Shown: positions 62,302 to 64,000 of the stretch, one piece after another
Layout of the letters: every line of letters starts with the position of its first letter
How positions within the stretch are numbered: the first letter of the stretch is position 1
Source: a virus
Taxonomy: Duplodnaviria > Caudoviricetes
Virus record (IMG/VR): IMGVR_UViG_3300031760_003956
Location: 30,226-94,225 of that record
Direction: 5' to 3' (one strand)
DNA: 64,000 bases
Translations under genes and position numbers: made by a program
The notes under the pieces: model-generated
What the model saw: the letters and a program-made list of their open reading frames with translations, nothing else
Database searches by the model: none
What the model was told of the DNA's origin: nothing

Positions 62302-62664
62302 TTACCTCGCAAACTTGCTAATCTGATTATAAATATCCTCGTCACACTCAACGTAAACCGTATTCCAATCAGCCTTACCAATTGAATTAGCAATCTCCTT
62401 AGCGTGAGCAAATTTCTCTTTGTTGTTAATAATATTAGCAATACCTAAATTACAAAGAAGACTCTTAGCATTAGTATTCCATTCTTCTACGCCGTTTTCA
62501 TCAACACCGCAAAGTCTTATATCGGCTGAAATACTATTACAAATATCAGTAAATTCCTTAACATCGTCAGAAGTTTGCAGTTCAATGTAAATCTTTTTCT
62601 TAGCTTTTTCTGCAACTTTTTCGACTGATGGTTTCTTTTTTCTCTTAAAAATTCCCATAATCAT
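62302..62664 (-). CDS. HPr-like protein
   Basis: IELQTSDDVKEFTDIC..ADIRL...NAKSLL..L, resembling the HPr family around Ser46; RBS AAGGAG before 62664. Confidence 0.55.
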   Translation of the reverse strand: MIMGIFKRKKKPSVEKVAEKAKKKIYIELQTSDDVKEFTDICNSISADIRLCGVDENGVEEWNTNAKSLLCNLGIANIINNKEKFAHAKEIANSIGKADWNTVYVECDEDIYNQISKFAR

Positions 62665-62799
62665 TTCTCCTTTTAATTTTGTTTTGACGTACATTAATTA
62701 TCATAATTACTATCTGAATAATACCAACTACAAGAATCGCAAAAGAAAAATTACCCTTAGTCATTTCAAGTAGTATGGTATTTAAAAAGTCCATAGTAA

Positions 62800-63912
62800 T
62801 CACTTCCTGTTCATTTCTCGTTCATATATTTTATGTTCTTTTTCGTCATACTTGACTTTGTGTTTCATAAGATAATTGAATATTTTATTTGAAGCGTCTG
62901 CCGGACTATCTTTATCACCGATTAAATTGTATTTATCAACGATATAATAAACATTTTTTCGGCGGTAAAATTTCTCACACATAAATCGTACTTCTGTAAG
63001 CGAAACGTCCTTATCCATAGCGATAATAATATCAACATCGTTTAAATAACTTGTTAATATCCTTACTTGCTCATCGGATATTGAGTGTCCTTGTAATGCA
63101 ACTCCCGTAGAATCATTTAAAGAATCACGTTTTAAAACCGATTTTTCAGCTTCATAAACAACTACATATCCGGCTTTTCTTATACTCTGTTCATTCTCCC
63201 ATAGACCGTATAAGTTAGCACTTTTAGGATAAGAAGGGGTAAGGTAATACTTTTTAATACCCAAATCTTCATAGTTATTTATAACCGTCCGAGCATTAAT
63301 TCCAAGTAATTCGCCATTCGCCCAATATCTTAAAGGAATAATCACTCTTTTACGCCGATAAGAATACTGTAAATCAAATTTTTTTCTCGTCCACGGCATT
63401 ATACCTTCTTTATACCACCCTATATATAACAAAGGGGTATAATCATTTAAAACATCATTTCTTAGATATTCCAAGTCTTTAACATCTGAAAAAGTATGAT
63501 ATTTATATTTAGTAAAATGTTTAAAAACAATATCCGCAGCGGTATTAACCCTTTTAACAGGTCGGGTTAGATTAAAAGGCAAATCCAATACATTATGCAA
63601 ATATTTAACAGCGTCAATAAACTTACAATTCTTAACTCCCTCAACTAAGTCGATAATATCTGCTCTATCGTCCTCGTCAAGTCCAATATTTCGTGAATAA
63701 CTACGGTAGTTTAAATAAGAGTTATCATATATGACAACACCCATTGGATTATCCCCATCAGGCTGAGTTGCAGAATAATATTCTTTATTAACGTGATATT
63801 TAATCTTTTGGCAACCTAAATTTGTCAAGATAAATTCAATTTTACTGTTGTTATAAATGTACTTTTTTAAATCTACTACAGTCATAATTACCAATCCTGT
63901 GGTACATAACAA
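62800..63912 (-). CDS. DNA primase (TOPRIM)
   Basis: RVIIPLR, GINAR, NLYGL, VVVYEAEKS, IAMDKD. Confidence 0.8.
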   Translation of the reverse strand: MLCTTGLVIMTVVDLKKYIYNNSKIEFILTNLGCQKIKYHVNKEYYSATQPDGDNPMGVVIYDNSYLNYRSYSRNIGLDEDDRADIIDLVEGVKNCKFIDAVKYLHNVLDLPFNLTRPVKRVNTAADIVFKHFTKYKYHTFSDVKDLEYLRNDVLNDYTPLLYIGWYKEGIMPWTRKKFDLQYSYRRKRVIIPLRYWANGELLGINARTVINNYEDLGIKKYYLTPSYPKSANLYGLWENEQSIRKAGYVVVYEAEKSVLKRDSLNDSTGVALQGHSISDEQVRILTSYLNDVDIIIAMDKDVSLTEVRFMCEKFYRRKNVYYIVDKYNLIGDKDSPADASNKIFNYLMKHKVKYDEKEHKIYEREMNRK

Positions 63913-64000
63913 ATACCCAAATCACGACAAACATTTCTGCTTAAATCGCACTCTGAAATTATTTGGTATGGGTCTGTATCACCAAATCTATTTTTTAAGA

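Overview
This is a 64-kb segment of a large, low-GC temperate siphophage of a Bacillota (Firmicutes) host, with SPbeta-like organisation. It appears to be in excised form, because an intact attP-like region sits between the integrase and excisionase genes. The + strand (1-37.5 kb) carries tail, host-recognition and lysis genes. The - strand (37.6-64 kb) carries integration, nucleotide metabolism and replication genes (Int/Xis, two MTases, ThyX, dUTPase, NrdDG, RecD-like helicase with intein, DnaE, nuclease, primase). Highlights: (1) The apparently shattered tape-measure gene is one ~3360-aa gene split by five group I introns that can be placed at nucleotide resolution. Two have a non-canonical C-G 5' splice-site pair and one encodes an HNH endonuclease. 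The fifth (~2 kb) loops out a non-endonuclease cargo of a structured repeat region plus three genes, two of them antisense behind their own sigma-A promoter. It looks like a self-splicing gene-cargo cassette hidden in an essential gene. (2) A complete diversity-generating retroelement targets the C-terminus of a 2515-aa CotH-like/LRR tail protein. (3) Both DNA methyltransferase genes are frameshifted at poly-G tracts (G7 and G9), and both are restored at G8, suggesting phase variation. (4) There is a full tRNA-Cys in attP, a tRNA-like RNA with an expanded anticodon domain, and host-like genes (OFA-type MFS transporter, HPr-like protein). All calls were made by eye; no database searches or folding programs were run.
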